Assembly: GCA_964514655.1 (NCBI GenBank)
Contig: CAZEQY010000008.1
Coordinates: 2,631-66,630, forward strand
Length of the DNA stretch: 64,000 nucleotides
DNA from: an uncultured bacterium
GTDB taxonomy: Bacteria; Chlamydiota; Chlamydiia; Chlamydiales; FEN-1388
Direction of reading: 5' to 3'
Shown: positions 28,411-40,000 of the stretch, piece after piece
How the letters are laid out: every line of letters begins with the position of its first letter
How positions within the stretch are numbered: position 1 is the stretch's first letter
Notes under the pieces: generated by a model
Told to the model about the DNA's origin: nothing
What the model saw: the letters and a program-made list of their open reading frames with translations, nothing else
The model's database searches: none
Position numbers and translations under genes: made by a program

Positions 28411-31026
28411 ATGCAGAAAACTCACGACGTTCGTAAAGGCTTTTTGGACTATTTTAAAAAGCATGACCATGCACAAATTGCCTCATCTTCTGTTGTGCCA
28501 CATGATGACCCTACACTCCTTTTTATCAACGCAGGCATGAACCAGTTTAAAGATGTGTTCTTAGGCAAAACTACGCGCGACTACAGCCGAGCAACAACAT
28601 CACAAAAGTGCATTCGCGTAGGCGGCAAACACAACGACCTTGAAAACGTCGGTCACACAAGGCGCCACCTCACCTTCTTTGAGATGCTTGGAAACTTCTC
28701 ATTTGGCGACTACTTTAAAGACAAAGCCATTCAATTCGCCTGGGAAGTAGCCACCCAAGTGTTTAAATTTGACACCGAAAAAGTATGGGCCTCCGTATTT
28801 CGCGACGATGATGAAGCCTATGAACTATGGAAAAAACACCTTCCAGAAAGCCGCATCGTGCGCCTTGATGAAAAGTCAAATTTTTGGGCTATGGGCGATA
28901 CCGGCCCTTGTGGGCCATGCTCTGAGCTTTTATACGATAGAGGAAGCCACTACGGCTCTAGCACAAGCCCTGCTAACGATGAGTCTGGAGAGCGCTTTTT
29001 AGAGTTTTGGAACCTCGTCTTCATGCAGTACAATAGAAAAGCTGACGGCACGCTACTCGCACTACCAAAGCCATCGATAGACACTGGAGCTGGCCTTGAG
29101 CGCGTGATGAGCCTTATCCAAGGCAAAGAAAGCGTTTTTGAAACAGATATCTTTTTAGAGCTCATAAGCGCCATCGAAGAGATCTCACTTGTTACCTACG
29201 ACCCACAAGATCAGGCAAAAGCAGCCGCCTTTCGCGTTATTGCCGATCACCTTCGCTGCCTTGCCTTTGCTATTAGCGATGGCGCCCAGCCTTCTAACGT
29301 AGAGCGCGGCTATGTATTACGCAAGGTGCTTCGTAGAGCAGTGCGCTACGGCAAGATGCTTGGCCTTGAAAAGCCCTTTTTAGCAAAGCTTATGCCAAAG
29401 CTTATCTCCGTAATGGGTTCAGACTATAAAGAGCTTGTCATCGCAAAAGATAAGATTAGCGAAATACTCACGCTCGAAGAAGAATCATTTTTCCGCACGC
29501 TTCGTCGCGGCGGCAATATCCTCAACCAAATCATCGAGACATCTAAGCAGCACGCAAAAGAAATTTCAGGTAGCGATGCCTTTAAACTTAAAGACACCTA
29601 CGGCCTTCCTATCGAAGAGGTGCAGCTTATCGCAAAAGACTATGGCCTACATGTAGATATGGACGGCTTTACGAAGCTTGAAAAAGAAGCAAAAGAAAAG
29701 TCAAAGCTTGCCCAAAAAGTGGTCCAGCAAGAAGTAAAGGAAAATGTCTTTCAAGACTTTGTACAAGAAAATGGCGAGTGCTCGTTTGTTCGTGAAACAA
29801 CATGCTCCGGCAAAGTTAAAGCAATCATCGCAAATGGCCACTTTGTTGACAGCATCTCTGAAGGCGACGACGCACAAGTTATACTAGATAAAACAACCTT
29901 CTACGCTGAGATGGGCGGTCAAGTTGGCGACTCTGGGGAACTTTGCCACGAAACATCATGTTTTTCTGTTCACACAACAAATAGCCCCTACAAAGGCGTG
30001 ATCGCACACCATGGCAAACTTACAGCAGGCAACCTAAAGCTTGGCGACGTTGTAGAAACACGCGTTGATAGCTCTAGACGCCAAAAGATTGCAAACAACC
30101 ACACCGCTACACACCTTCTACACTGGGCCTTGCACCAAGTACTTGGCGAGCATGTCAAGCAGGCAGGTTCTGTTGTAGAACCAGGCCGCCTACGCTTTGA
30201 CTTTAGCCACCATAAAGCTCTTACAAACGATGAAATGCGCGCTATTGAGCAGATGGTAAACGAAAAAATTCGCACCAACACTGCCGTAAAAGCCTATGAG
30301 CTTGCTTATGACGACGCCCAAAAGCGCCATGACATCATCCAGTTTTTTGGCGAAAAATATGGCAAAGTCGTACGCGTTATAGACATAGACTACTCAAAAG
30401 AACTCTGTGGCGGCACGCACACGCAGTCTACAGGTACTATCGGCTATTTTCGCATCGTAAAAGAAAGCAGCATCGCAAGCGGCGTTCGCAGGATCGAAGC
30501 TGTTACCGGTATAGAAGCTGAAAGCTTTGTCTACGACCTACAAAACACCTTGCACCAGGTAGCAGAGCACCTTAAGACTCCGCAAAATAAAATTTTAGAG
30601 CGCGTAGAAAAGCTCAACCAAGAGATGAAAGAGCTTGAAGAGCGCCTACAAGCAGTGCAGCAAGAGCGCCTGAGCCAGATTGCAACTACCTTGAACTTTA
30701 AGACAACAAAAACCGGCATAAGCTACTGCGTGCATGCTGTAGATATAGGCCCATCGGATCTTAAAGGGCTTATGGATGTGCTTTCAGAGAAAAACCCCCA
30801 AGGCCTTGTCGCAATAGCCTGCAAAGAACCAAGCAAGGTGCACCTTGCCGTACGCGTGCCACAGCCACTTGTAACGCAAGGCATAAAGGCAAATGAGCTT
30901 ATAAAGCCTGCCCTTACTACACTAGAAGGTAGCGGCGGCGGTAAAGCTGAACATGCACAAGGTGCCGGAAAGGCCGTTGGCAATATCCAGCAGGCACTTG
31001 ACCAGATTGAAAAAAGCCTTACATGA
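28411..31026 (+). CDS. alaS: alanine--tRNA ligase
   Basis: 871 aa. [43 protein letters not shown], editing-domain [11 protein letters not shown]...CGGTH and a C-terminal DHHA1-like domain. Confidence 0.97.
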   Translation: MQKTHDVRKGFLDYFKKHDHAQIASSSVVPHDDPTLLFINAGMNQFKDVFLGKTTRDYSRATTSQKCIRVGGKHNDLENVGHTRRHLTFFEMLGNFSFGDYFKDKAIQFAWEVATQVFKFDTEKVWASVFRDDDEAYELWKKHLPESRIVRLDEKSNFWAMGDTGPCGPCSELLYDRGSHYGSSTSPANDESGERFLEFWNLVFMQYNRKADGTLLALPKPSIDTGAGLERVMSLIQGKESVFETDIFLELISAIEEISLVTYDPQDQAKAAAFRVIADHLRCLAFAISDGAQPSNVERGYVLRKVLRRAVRYGKMLGLEKPFLAKLMPKLISVMGSDYKELVIAKDKISEILTLEEESFFRTLRRGGNILNQIIETSKQHAKEISGSDAFKLKDTYGLPIEEVQLIAKDYGLHVDMDGFTKLEKEAKEKSKLAQKVVQQEVKENVFQDFVQENGECSFVRETTCSGKVKAIIANGHFVDSISEGDDAQVILDKTTFYAEMGGQVGDSGELCHETSCFSVHTTNSPYKGVIAHHGKLTAGNLKLGDVVETRVDSSRRQKIANNHTATHLLHWALHQVLGEHVKQAGSVVEPGRLRFDFSHHKALTNDEMRAIEQMVNEKIRTNTAVKAYELAYDDAQKRHDIIQFFGEKYGKVVRVIDIDYSKELCGGTHTQSTGTIGYFRIVKESSIASGVRRIEAVTGIEAESFVYDLQNTLHQVAEHLKTPQNKILERVEKLNQEMKELEERLQAVQQERLSQIATTLNFKTTKTGISYCVHAVDIGPSDLKGLMDVLSEKNPQGLVAIACKEPSKVHLAVRVPQPLVTQGIKANELIKPALTTLEGSGGGKAEHAQGAGKAVGNIQQALDQIEKSLT

Positions 31027-34000
31027 GCATACTGGAACCACTAAAGAAAAGTAGCTTCTTAGAACGGCTTGACTCTGATGTCCGTAGTGGATCGTCACTT
31101 CTTATAGAAGAACTTACGCCCCCCACAAAGGCGCTTGTTTTGTCGCACCTTATAGAGACGTCAAACAAGCCGCTATTGGTCCTTACGGGAGCCGGCGTTG
31201 AGGAGTTTAAGCTCTATAACGACCTCCCCTACTTTTCAAAACACCCTATAGTAGAGCTTGCTGCCTGGGAGATGCTCCCCTCAGAAAACGTTGCTCCAAG
31301 CCCTGACATTGTAGGCTCTCGCTTTAAGGCACTACACACCCTGCAAGAGACAAAAGAACCCACGATAGTGCTGAGCACATTGCAGGGAGTACTCCAAAAG
31401 GTATTAAATCCCCAGTCCTTTAAGGGACTTTTTTTAACGTTAAAGCGAGGCGACAAGGTACGCTTTGATGAGATGCTCTTTCGTTTAGAGCGCCTTGGAT
31501 ACGAAAGAAGACCTGTTGTCTCTGATAAGGGAGAATATGCCTATCGCGGCGGCATTATAGACATCTTTCCTGTCACTTCACTTGAGCCTTATAGAATAGA
31601 ATTTTGGGAAAATGAAATTGAATCAATCCGCGCCTTTGATGCCTCAAGCCAAAAAAGCACGCGCCTCCTTGATGAAATAGAGCTTACAGGCGCAAAGGAA
31701 CTTGAATTTGAGCAGAAGGAAGAAACCCTTTCTACCATCTTTGACTATATCAATGACTGCATCGTTGTCTTTGATGACCTAGAAGCTCTTGAAGACCGCT
31801 ACGCCTCGCTAACATCACTTGGAGGAACCGTCTCAAAGACATTTTTGGGCATCGAAGAGCTACTAGACCTCACACAAAAAAGGCAATGCGTCTACTTTAC
31901 ATCAAAGCCAATAGAGACGCTCTCTTGCGTACAGACAGACAAAAAGGTGCGGTTTTATTCCCACACGGCAGGTGATGCCCCAATTCAGTTTGAAATGTTT
32001 TTGCGCTCTCTTTCCGCAAAGCGACTCATGCACACCTTTCAGCCTCTTGGCCTCTTTTTTGAAGAAAGCTGCGCACTTGAGTTTGAACCCTCTGGCGATG
32101 AGCTTTTTGATGCACTGCATCAGCTACAGCAGGTTGATCCTTACGAAGTCTACTTTCTTACTCAAACTGACAGCGAACGCTCTAGCCTAGAACAAAAACT
32201 TGCTGATAAAGGGCTTCAGGGAAGTCCCCACATGCACTTTTTGACAGGCTATCTGTCGCAAGGATTTGCTCTAAGAGATGCCAAAACCATCGTCTTTGCT
32301 ATGACAGAGCTTACGGGCCGAATAAAAATTAGGCGCGAGCGCCAGCGCACCTACTACCAGTACGCAAGCTGGGATGCTTTTGATACCACTGCCGGAGAAA
32401 GTGTCGTACACTTTAACCACGGTATCGGCAAATTTTTAGGGATAGAAAAAAGACCCAACAACCAAGGCATCGAAGAAGAGTATTTTCTTATAGAGTATGC
32501 TGAAAAAGCAAAACTCTATGTCCCTCTCACACAAGCTCACCTTATCAGCAAGTATGTGGGAGCAGGAGAAGAGAGCCCCAAACTACATGGCCTTGGCAAT
32601 AACCGCTGGAAAAAAAGTCGCGAACAGACTGAAAAAGCTATTATAGGCTACGCCTCAGAGCTATTAAAGTTTTATGCGGAGCGCGAGATGCAGGGCGGCT
32701 ATAGCTTTGCAACTGACAGCCTGGATACAGCACAATTTGAAGAAGAGTTCCCCTACATCGAAACTGAAGACCAGCTTCAGGCAATACGAGATGTAAAAAA
32801 TGACATGATGTCAAAAAAGGCCATGGACCGCTTAATCTGCGGCGATGTTGGCTACGGCAAAACAGAAGTTGCCATGCGCGCTGCCTTTAAAGCTGTTGTC
32901 GACGGCAAAAAACAGGTTGCAGTCTTAGTTCCTACAACAGTTTTAGCCCTTCAACACTACGAAACCTTTCGCGACCGCATGCAAAGCTTTGGCGTACGTG
33001 TAGAGGTGCTTTCGCGCTTTCGAACAGCTGCCGAAAATAAAAAAATTGTCTCTCTCATCGAAAAGGGCGCTGTAGACATTATCGTTGGCACCCATAGGCT
33101 TATTCAAAAAGACATTACCTTTAAAGACCTTGGCCTTATCATCATCGACGAAGAGCAGCGGTTTGGCGTAAAAGCAAAAGAGCACCTCAAGATGGTAAAG
33201 GTGGGCGTAGACTGCGTCACACTATCTGCAACGCCGATACCAAGAACGCTGTATATGTCTTTAGTTGGAGCGCGCGATCTCTCTGTTATCAGCACCCCTC
33301 CAATAGATCGCCTGCCTATAAAGACTATTATTGCAGACCCTGATGATCAACTAATTCAGACAGCGCTTCTTCGCGAATTAAACCGCGATGGACAAGCTTA
33401 CTTTATCCACAACCGCATTGAGTCTATCTATGAAACGGCTTCATACCTACAAAAGCTTTTGCCTAAGGCAAAGATAGGTGTAGGCCACGGCCAGATGGAT
33501 GGCGACGAGCTTGACCTTGTCTTTCACGCCTTTAAAAAGGGTGAGCTAGATATCCTTGTTGCAACGTCGATCGTAGAAAATGGCATTGACATTCCTAATG
33601 CAAATACTATCATCGTAGATAATGCCGACTACTTTGGCATTTCGGACCTCTACCAACTTCGTGGAAGGGTTGGCCGCTGGAATAGACGCGCCTTTGCCTA
33701 CTTTATTATTCCAAAAAGAAGAAGCCTCTCTGAAGTTGCAAGAAAGCGCCTTGAAGCTATTGCTCAGGCTGGAGGCTATGGCGGAGGCATGCGCGTAGCT
33801 ATGCGCGACCTTGAAATGCGCGGCGCAGGCGACATCATTGGCACTGAACAGTCTGGCCACGTCTCTACTATAGGCTTTCACCTCTACTGTAAGCTGCTTA
33901 AGCGAACGATAGACTCTCTACAAGGAAAGGCACCGAGCTACACCCTGGAAACGCGCGTTGAAATACCCTTTGACGCACGCCTACCAGACTTTTATGTAAA

Positions 34001-34310
34001 CGAAGTGTCACTACGCATGGAAATTTACCAACGCCTTGGTGATTCATTTACTAAGGATGAAGTAGACGCGATATGGGCAGAAGTCATAGACCGCTTTGGA
34101 ACACCACCAGAGCAGGCAAAATGGCTCTATCACCTAAGTCGCCTGCGCGTACATGCAGCCCAAGGCGGCTACACGCACGTAAAAGTAGACAACGTAACGC
34201 TCCTCTACGAGCGCAAAAAAGGAAATTCCGTAACCACAAATAGGGTCATGCTCCCCAAAATCAAAACCCCCGAAGACCTCGAGAAAAAAATATCCGCCCT
34301 ACTGCCCTAA
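31023..34310 (+). CDS. mfd: transcription-repair coupling factor
   Basis: 1095 aa. CarD/RID-like segment ([16 protein letters not shown]), SF2 helicase motifs ([34 protein letters not shown]) and a TRG region. ATGA overlap with alaS. Confidence 0.97.
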   Translation: MSILEPLKKSSFLERLDSDVRSGSSLLIEELTPPTKALVLSHLIETSNKPLLVLTGAGVEEFKLYNDLPYFSKHPIVELAAWEMLPSENVAPSPDIVGSRFKALHTLQETKEPTIVLSTLQGVLQKVLNPQSFKGLFLTLKRGDKVRFDEMLFRLERLGYERRPVVSDKGEYAYRGGIIDIFPVTSLEPYRIEFWENEIESIRAFDASSQKSTRLLDEIELTGAKELEFEQKEETLSTIFDYINDCIVVFDDLEALEDRYASLTSLGGTVSKTFLGIEELLDLTQKRQCVYFTSKPIETLSCVQTDKKVRFYSHTAGDAPIQFEMFLRSLSAKRLMHTFQPLGLFFEESCALEFEPSGDELFDALHQLQQVDPYEVYFLTQTDSERSSLEQKLADKGLQGSPHMHFLTGYLSQGFALRDAKTIVFAMTELTGRIKIRRERQRTYYQYASWDAFDTTAGESVVHFNHGIGKFLGIEKRPNNQGIEEEYFLIEYAEKAKLYVPLTQAHLISKYVGAGEESPKLHGLGNNRWKKSREQTEKAIIGYASELLKFYAEREMQGGYSFATDSLDTAQFEEEFPYIETEDQLQAIRDVKNDMMSKKAMDRLICGDVGYGKTEVAMRAAFKAVVDGKKQVAVLVPTTVLALQHYETFRDRMQSFGVRVEVLSRFRTAAENKKIVSLIEKGAVDIIVGTHRLIQKDITFKDLGLIIIDEEQRFGVKAKEHLKMVKVGVDCVTLSATPIPRTLYMSLVGARDLSVISTPPIDRLPIKTIIADPDDQLIQTALLRELNRDGQAYFIHNRIESIYETASYLQKLLPKAKIGVGHGQMDGDELDLVFHAFKKGELDILVATSIVENGIDIPNANTIIVDNADYFGISDLYQLRGRVGRWNRRAFAYFIIPKRRSLSEVARKRLEAIAQAGGYGGGMRVAMRDLEMRGAGDIIGTEQSGHVSTIGFHLYCKLLKRTIDSLQGKAPSYTLETRVEIPFDARLPDFYVNEVSLRMEIYQRLGDSFTKDEVDAIWAEVIDRFGTPPEQAKWLYHLSRLRVHAAQGGYTHVKVDNVTLLYERKKGNSVTTNRVMLPKIKTPEDLEKKISALLP

Positions 34311-34431
34311 GACAACCCATATGATACATCTGTCATAGATTGCGCCGCTCCAAATTGTTCAGGCATCTCTACTACCATAAATCTTACATTTCTACTCCAC
34401 AATAGATTAAAGTGCTGATTTATGCAAATTT

Positions 34432-34581
34432 GGCGAAGCTTCTTTTGCGCTTTTGGGTTTTTGCGTTTTTGCGTTGAATTCTTATTTTACTGAAAACACC
34501 TCTAAGCCTCGAGATCATGCATGAAAGGGAAAAAATTAACGCAAAAACGCAAAATCCCAAAAGCGCAAAAGAAGCCTTGCC
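34432..34581. repeat. palindromic element, family A (TTTGCG-rich arms), copy 1
   Basis: Arms 34432-34480 (ggcgaagcttcttttgcgcttttgggtttttgcgtttttgcgttgaatt) and 34534-34581 are near-perfect reverse complements (~48 bp) around a 53-nt spacer. A related copy lies at 59768-59881. Confidence 0.85.
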
Positions 34582-34651
34582 TCCACTTAAATGATACATT
34601 ATAAATTTTTATATTGCGCCACTGTTAGACTTATGGGGAATAGGAATCTCC

Positions 34652-34716
34652 TACCCCGCGTTCCGCTTCGCTTCACACGGGGCTAAAGCAGCACTCCAGC
34701 TACCGCTGGAAAAGCC
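34652..34716. repeat. half-copy of palindromic element family B
   Basis: taccccgcgttccgcttcgcttcacacggggctaaagcagcactccagctaccgctggaaaag matches the inner/right arm of the 340-bp element at 55662-56001 (accccgcgttccacttc...cttcacacggggctaaaagcagtgctccagctaccgccggaaag). Confidence 0.65.
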
Positions 34717-34727
34717 ACTGAGTTACT

Positions 34728-35294
34728 CTAAGGCTGAACCACCTGCTTCACTGCATCGTCATAAGACTCTTCCAGAACAAGCTTTAGGGCCTGTGTTTTT
34801 GGGTCTGCTTCGTAGTAGCGGAACTTACCTTGATAAAAGTCTATTTCTGATAGATATGGCGCCTTAGGCCGCTCCAAGTTCTCATCCCAAAATGCAATCT
34901 TCACGGCAATATTCTTCATGCCAAGCTTGCCAGAATACTTTGTAGGAAACGTTTCACACATGTAGTCATACTTATTCACAGTATCTTTGTTTCTCTGCAC
35001 TTCAGCTAAATAGGCTTTTGTAAAGGCAAGAGCTAAAGCCCTTCCACTTGGTACAGTTTCTTGAGTTTTTGCCGTTACCCAGACTCCAAACATTGCCTCC
35101 ATAGGCAAGTAGAAAAATTTTCCCTGGCTTATGTAAGTAAAACGTCCATCTTGATAATCTTTGACAAAGCCCTTAATAGCAATACCTGTTTGTTTCTCCA
35201 TCTCTGCAGGGTTCAGAGAAGAAGCTGAAAGCTTTGAGGTAATTGCAAACGTGCAACACAGCACTAACTTAACTACTTTTTTTATCGCTTTCAT
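34728..35294 (-). CDS. exported paralog B2 of the Rhs-linked family (candidate immunity protein)
   Basis: 188 aa. Signal-like MKAIKKVVKLVLCCTFAITSKLSASS. The C-terminal ESYDDAVKQVVQP matches B1 (ETYDDAVKKVAQ). Confidence 0.6.
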   Translation of the reverse strand: MKAIKKVVKLVLCCTFAITSKLSASSLNPAEMEKQTGIAIKGFVKDYQDGRFTYISQGKFFYLPMEAMFGVWVTAKTQETVPSGRALALAFTKAYLAEVQRNKDTVNKYDYMCETFPTKYSGKLGMKNIAVKIAFWDENLERPKAPYLSEIDFYQGKFRYYEADPKTQALKLVLEESYDDAVKQVVQP

Positions 35295-35805
35295 TGAGAC
35301 GCTCCTTTGCTTCTTGATATGTTTCCTTAACTACTTCTTCCCCTTTCTCATGCCCAAACACATATCGAATTGTAGGGATCTTTAAAGGCCCGGTTTCATG
35401 AAGAGAAAATACCCGTAAAAACTTTTGATCAGTGCTTTTTGGATGTGAAATTACATAAAAACCCATATCTAACAGCCTTGGTGGAAAAGGAAATTCATCT
35501 AGATAGGGGCGAAGTGCTTTATTTGAATTTATGTTTTTTAGATACTGTTCGACACTTCCTACGAGTATCGCTCTTGCTTCTTCCATCATTACTGGCCTAT
35601 TGATATCAAAAGAAAGAGAAAGAGTATGAACCGCATACATAGTTCCCCCGCCGGTCCCACAGACTGACATGTTATACTTAGACGCTAGCTCTTTTGCCGT
35701 TTTTGATTCAACGCGAGCTACTTCTTGCCGAAAGTCTGACGAAAACATCTTGCTCCCCACACACAGCAATAAAACACAACTGCAATAAAAAAATCTCATT
35801 GACAA
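35269..35805 (-). CDS. exported paralog A2 of the Rhs-linked family (candidate immunity protein)
   Basis: 178 aa. Signal-like MSMRFFYCSCVLLLCVGSKMFSS. The core VCGTGGGTMYAVHTLSLSFDINRPVMMEEARAILVGSVEQYLKNINSNKALRPYLDEFPFPPR is clearly homologous to A1. Confidence 0.65.
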   Translation of the reverse strand: MSMRFFYCSCVLLLCVGSKMFSSDFRQEVARVESKTAKELASKYNMSVCGTGGGTMYAVHTLSLSFDINRPVMMEEARAILVGSVEQYLKNINSNKALRPYLDEFPFPPRLLDMGFYVISHPKSTDQKFLRVFSLHETGPLKIPTIRYVFGHEKGEEVVKETYQEAKERLNESDKKSS

Positions 35806-35928
35806 ATCTTTGTTACTTGATCAGCTATATGCGCATCTAAATGCCCCTGGATTTTACCTCTATAAGTCGGACTTGTAAAGAGATGATCAAAGAAATCTTC
35901 TTCCATCTAACGTTCGAAAACCAGTGAA

Positions 35929-36516
35929 TTACTCTGATGCCGAGCCTTGAGCTACCTTTTTCACTGCATCGTCATAGGTTTCGATGCGAAGCGTGTCTAA
36001 CGTATTGCCATTGGGATTATCTGTTTGATATTTAATATTACCCTCATCTGCAGATGCAATAGTAATTTTGCCTGCAGGTAGCTTGCCATGCTCTTGAGTA
36101 TAAAAATAAATTACAATCTCTATATTTTGTACTGTGAACGGATAGTTGTGAAGATAAGGCCGCACTTTTTCGCTACCATTGATTGCAGCTAGATATTCTT
36201 TAACGCAATAGACCAATAGTTTCCTTGCTGTATCAAAACCCACCTCAGAATAGCAGTTAAACGACATCGCCATCATTTGTATATCGTTCATCATACGTCC
36301 ACCTGTACCGATAAGTATCAGGTTCTTCTCTTTTTTAATCTTTTCTGCAATATCCGCAGTAATCGCATCCGCAATTTTCTCATAACTTGGCTCAAAAAAT
36401 TTGTCCCCAAAAAACGAACAGCAAAGAGAAATTGACGTAACCGCAAAGATACAGCAACATAGCCACTTAAACATCCGATTTTTTACTACCATTAACACGC
36501 TCCTTGGCTTCTTCAA
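35929..36516 (-). CDS. exported paralog B1 of the Rhs-linked family (candidate immunity protein)
   Basis: 195 aa; internal starts at 36492 or 36474 are possible. The Cys-rich hydrophobic leader is MFKWLCCCIFAVTSISLCCS. LIGTGGRMMNDIQMMAMSFNCYSEVGFDTARKLLVYCVKEYLAAINGSEKVRPYLHNYPFT links it to the A subfamily. Confidence 0.6.
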   Translation of the reverse strand: MKKPRSVLMVVKNRMFKWLCCCIFAVTSISLCCSFFGDKFFEPSYEKIADAITADIAEKIKKEKNLILIGTGGRMMNDIQMMAMSFNCYSEVGFDTARKLLVYCVKEYLAAINGSEKVRPYLHNYPFTVQNIEIVIYFYTQEHGKLPAGKITIASADEGNIKYQTDNPNGNTLDTLRIETYDDAVKKVAQGSASE

Positions 36517-37000
36517 ATGTTTCGACTAACACATCTTTCATCTTATCTTGCTCATCCCTACTCTCGTAAAAAACCGTAGGAATTTTATTAGTTCCTACAC
36601 AGTATACCGAAAAGCCATCTATATGCTCTTTATCTCCCTTTTCCCTAGATGAGCGCACGTAGAAATGAAGAGTAACCCCTCTAGGAGTAAATGGATACTC
36701 AACAAGATAAGGACGAATCGTTTTACTTGCATTTATATTTTCGAGATACTGCTGGACGCTAGCAACAAGAATTACCCTGGCCTCTTCAATCGTAATTAAC
36801 CTTTTTATCTCGAACGATAAAGCAACCATATCAATACCAAACATTGCCCCTCCGCCAGATCCACATAACTTCATCTTATATGTTGATTCAAGTGTTTTAG
36901 CTGTGTTGGACTCAATTTGATGCAAAGCATCTGCATACTTGTTGTCTGCAAAAGAGCTATTCATAAATAGACATATGATACATACAAGACACCAATTCAT
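36467..37000 (-). CDS. exported paralog A1 of the Rhs-linked family (candidate cognate immunity protein)
   Basis: 177 aa. ATGA overlap with the Rhs stop (36997-37000). Signal-like MNWCLVCIICLFMNSSFA. Core LCGSGGGAMFGIDMVALSFEIKRLITIEEARVILVASVQQYLENINASKTIRPYLVEYPFTPR. Confidence 0.65.
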   Translation of the reverse strand: MNWCLVCIICLFMNSSFADNKYADALHQIESNTAKTLESTYKMKLCGSGGGAMFGIDMVALSFEIKRLITIEEARVILVASVQQYLENINASKTIRPYLVEYPFTPRGVTLHFYVRSSREKGDKEHIDGFSVYCVGTNKIPTVFYESRDEQDKMKDVLVETFEEAKERVNGSKKSDV

Positions 37001-40000
37001 TGATTTCCATCCTTACTATATTGCCTCATAAACTGTTTATAATGCCTTTCCATTGGCTCCTTATACGTGGGGCTTTGAAACCCGTGATCAAAAAATCCCA
37101 CGTCAGGATGTGGGTCAAGATAATAGACGCTTTTTCGATTTAAAAATAGTCCCAATGGATCGGCCAAACGTGGTATGACATCCCAGTTGCTCACATAGTT
37201 ATAACTTTCTCTACATAGCTCTGGAGGAATGGTAGTGGCCGGTCCTATTGTAACAGACACAATACGGCTACGAACTTCCACCGGAGAAAGCTCTAGAGCT
37301 CCATGCACAATTGCAGCACCCTGGCTATGAGAATAGACTAACCCTATAGAATTTTTTGGCATTTCTAACCAAGAATCCCGTAACATTCGTGAAGTTACAG
37401 AATACATTCCACCTTGGGTCTGTGCAGCAGCTTCAAGCAAATCAAAAGGACCATGGGTTGCATTATACAATCCATTAATTTTGCTCCCTCCGCACAATCC
37501 AGACAAGTACTCAAAATTCTTTTCTGCTCCAGCCTCTGAATTCCAGATTCCATTCACAACATTAATGAAAATGTCAGAATGACTCTCCTTACCAACGGGC
37601 TTCCATTTTGATTTGACTCCAAAACGTTTTGATCCAGAACTGGATGTTGTCGTCGTGGCAGCACCACTATACCCAGATTCATAATATGACTCACTTGTAA
37701 CATGTCTACCCTCTCTTGTGTATACCCTGTCACAAAGCTCTCGCTGGGTTTCGGTGGAGAGGCCATAGAGGTCGAAGTGGGTGAGGGGGTTGTTGTGGAC
37801 GTAGGCGTAGAGGTTGGGGCCGTCGGAGAAGCCTGAGGGGTCGGGGGTGAGCCAGCGACCTTGGGTGGGGGTGTAGTAGCGGTGGCTAAAGTAGATGAAG
37901 CCGGTTTCGGGGTCGTGGCGTTTGCTTGCAAAGCGCCAAGGGTTCATTATGAGGGTGCTGGATGAGGTGCACTCGCCAAAGGCTGTGTACTGATACGATT
38001 CAGCGATAGTTTTTGTTTGGGCATCTACTAAGCATACTATGCTTCCGCGATAGTCGTGGATGGGGCAGTAGGTTTTACAGCCAAGTTCTATAGCTACACT
38101 TGCGCCAAGCTCAGCGCCCTTTCCAAGGCCTAAGACGCGAAGTTCAGTGATGGCACCATTTTTATAGGTTCCAATCTCGCGCATACCTTGGTAGATAAAT
38201 GTTTCGTCATTGCGCTTGATGCGTCTATTAAAGCTATCATAGAGATAGCGAGTTGTCATTTGGCCATCAGACACTTCTATAAGGCGATCTAAAGCATCGT
38301 AAGAAAGGGTTTTATCTTCATAACGTATCGGATTGCCATTTTTGTCATATACAATGTCATCGCTTGTAATTTTGTTATGGCTGTCTAGGGTGTAGACTTT
38401 ATCATCTTTTTTTAACCGATTTCCTAGCGAGTCGTGCTTATAGGTGTGTGTGAGCGGCCCCTCTTCTTTTATCAACTGATAGAGGCTATCGTAGCGATTG
38501 GTTGTAGTAACGTTATCAGAAGTATAACTCACAACGTTACCTACAGCATCAAAGCTATCGATATACTGGCTGTAGTAATCGGTTTTTATGCTTGTATTGC
38601 GACCTTTTTTATCCCAAACAAAATGAGCCTTGCCTAAGTTATGGATAAGTTTTGCCTCTTTTGGGCGCCCCTTTCTATCAAAGTCTAGGTATTTATGCTC
38701 ATACTGCAACTCCTCATCTTTTGAGTAGCGCTGAACACTCTTCAAGTGATTATATTGGTACTTATACCGCACTGAGGAGGCATCTGGCAGTGTGAGACTT
38801 AACGGGCGACCAAGTGCGTCGTAGGTGTAGCTAACGGCGCCATCTTTAGTCACTCGGTTCCAGGCATCGTATGAACGTCTTGTAAGATAGCCAGAAATTT
38901 TATCTCGTATCTTCAGAGGATTGTTGTTACGGTCGTAGGTATATCTATAATCAATAGTAGCATCAGTTGACTTTAGGCGAATGAGCCTGCCAAGACCATC
39001 ATAGGTGTGATGAAGTTCAACATCATCTGGCTTTTTTATGACAAGTAGCCTATCGCATGCGTCGTATGAATAGCTTGTCACCTTCTTATCAGCGCTATCT
39101 GGCTGCTCACGAAGCTGTATGAGGCGATCTAACCTATCATACTGCCAGCGAATCACATAATCGCGATGTGCCCTGCCATGCGAGATAACAAGCTGCTTTT
39201 CGCGCTTTTTATGGCCTGTAGCATTGTACGATAACACTGTTTCTCGAGTGCGCTTGCCCTTTTTATTTTTCTGAATGACTTTTACTTCGCGGCCAAGGGT
39301 GTCGTAATACACTTCTATCGTATTTTTAAGAGCATCGCGAGTAGTTTTCAGAAGTACCTTTTTGCCATCACCGCCTACGTATGCGTGGTTATAGGTAATA
39401 GTTGTAGTGACACCTGCCTCGTCCGTTTGTTCTACAAGCTCATTTTTTGAATTAAAACGGCTATGGATCTCGGCATCTTCTTCATCATGGCCTGTACGCT
39501 TGAGGATACAATTTCCCCTCGCATCATATTTATAGTGGGTCCAGCTTGTGCAGTAGCCTGTTGCATCGACTGTCTTTTCCATGACAATACGGTTAAGATT
39601 GTCATATTTTAGGTGCGTGGCAACTGAGCGGGTATCATAAAAATTTCGCGTGCATGCTAGTCTGCCAAGAGAGTCATATTCATAGGTAGTTTTGCTAAAG
39701 TTATCATCTGAGCTCGAATATTCTTCTACCTTACGCCCTGCCCCGTCGTAGCGTATCTCCGTAGTGTGGCCCATCGCATCTGTTGTAGAAACAAGATGAA
39801 ATGAATTATAGGTGTTAGATGTCCTAGAGAGTACTTTTCCGGAAGAGTCCGAGATAGAAGTAGAAAGCAGTCTTCCCAATATGTCGTAGGTATATGATGT
39901 TCGTATGCCAGCTCTATCCCACTGATGTGCAAGGCGGCCATTTTTGTGATAGCGATAGCGCTCTTCTGTAGCATCAGCATAGGTTATGCAATATGGAGCA

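Noticed and set aside
34432-34581. The reiterated TTTTGCG units were considered as a possible CRISPR-like or tandem-repeat array.
   Set aside because: The units form two reverse-complementary arms rather than direct repeats separated by unique spacers. No cas genes are present and the unit is only 7 nt long.
34652-34716. Possible tRNA or tRNA-like structure (ccccgcg...cacggggc stem, gctccagctaccgc).
   Set aside because: No cloverleaf, T-loop (GTTCRANYC) or anticodon arm can be drawn. The sequence is instead a partial copy of the family B palindrome.
37554-37931. 125-aa Pro/Thr-rich ORF inside the Rhs gene.
   Set aside because: It lies in an alternative frame of the GC-rich core/tip junction patch. 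It has no start context, and its composition is explained by the local GC bias.
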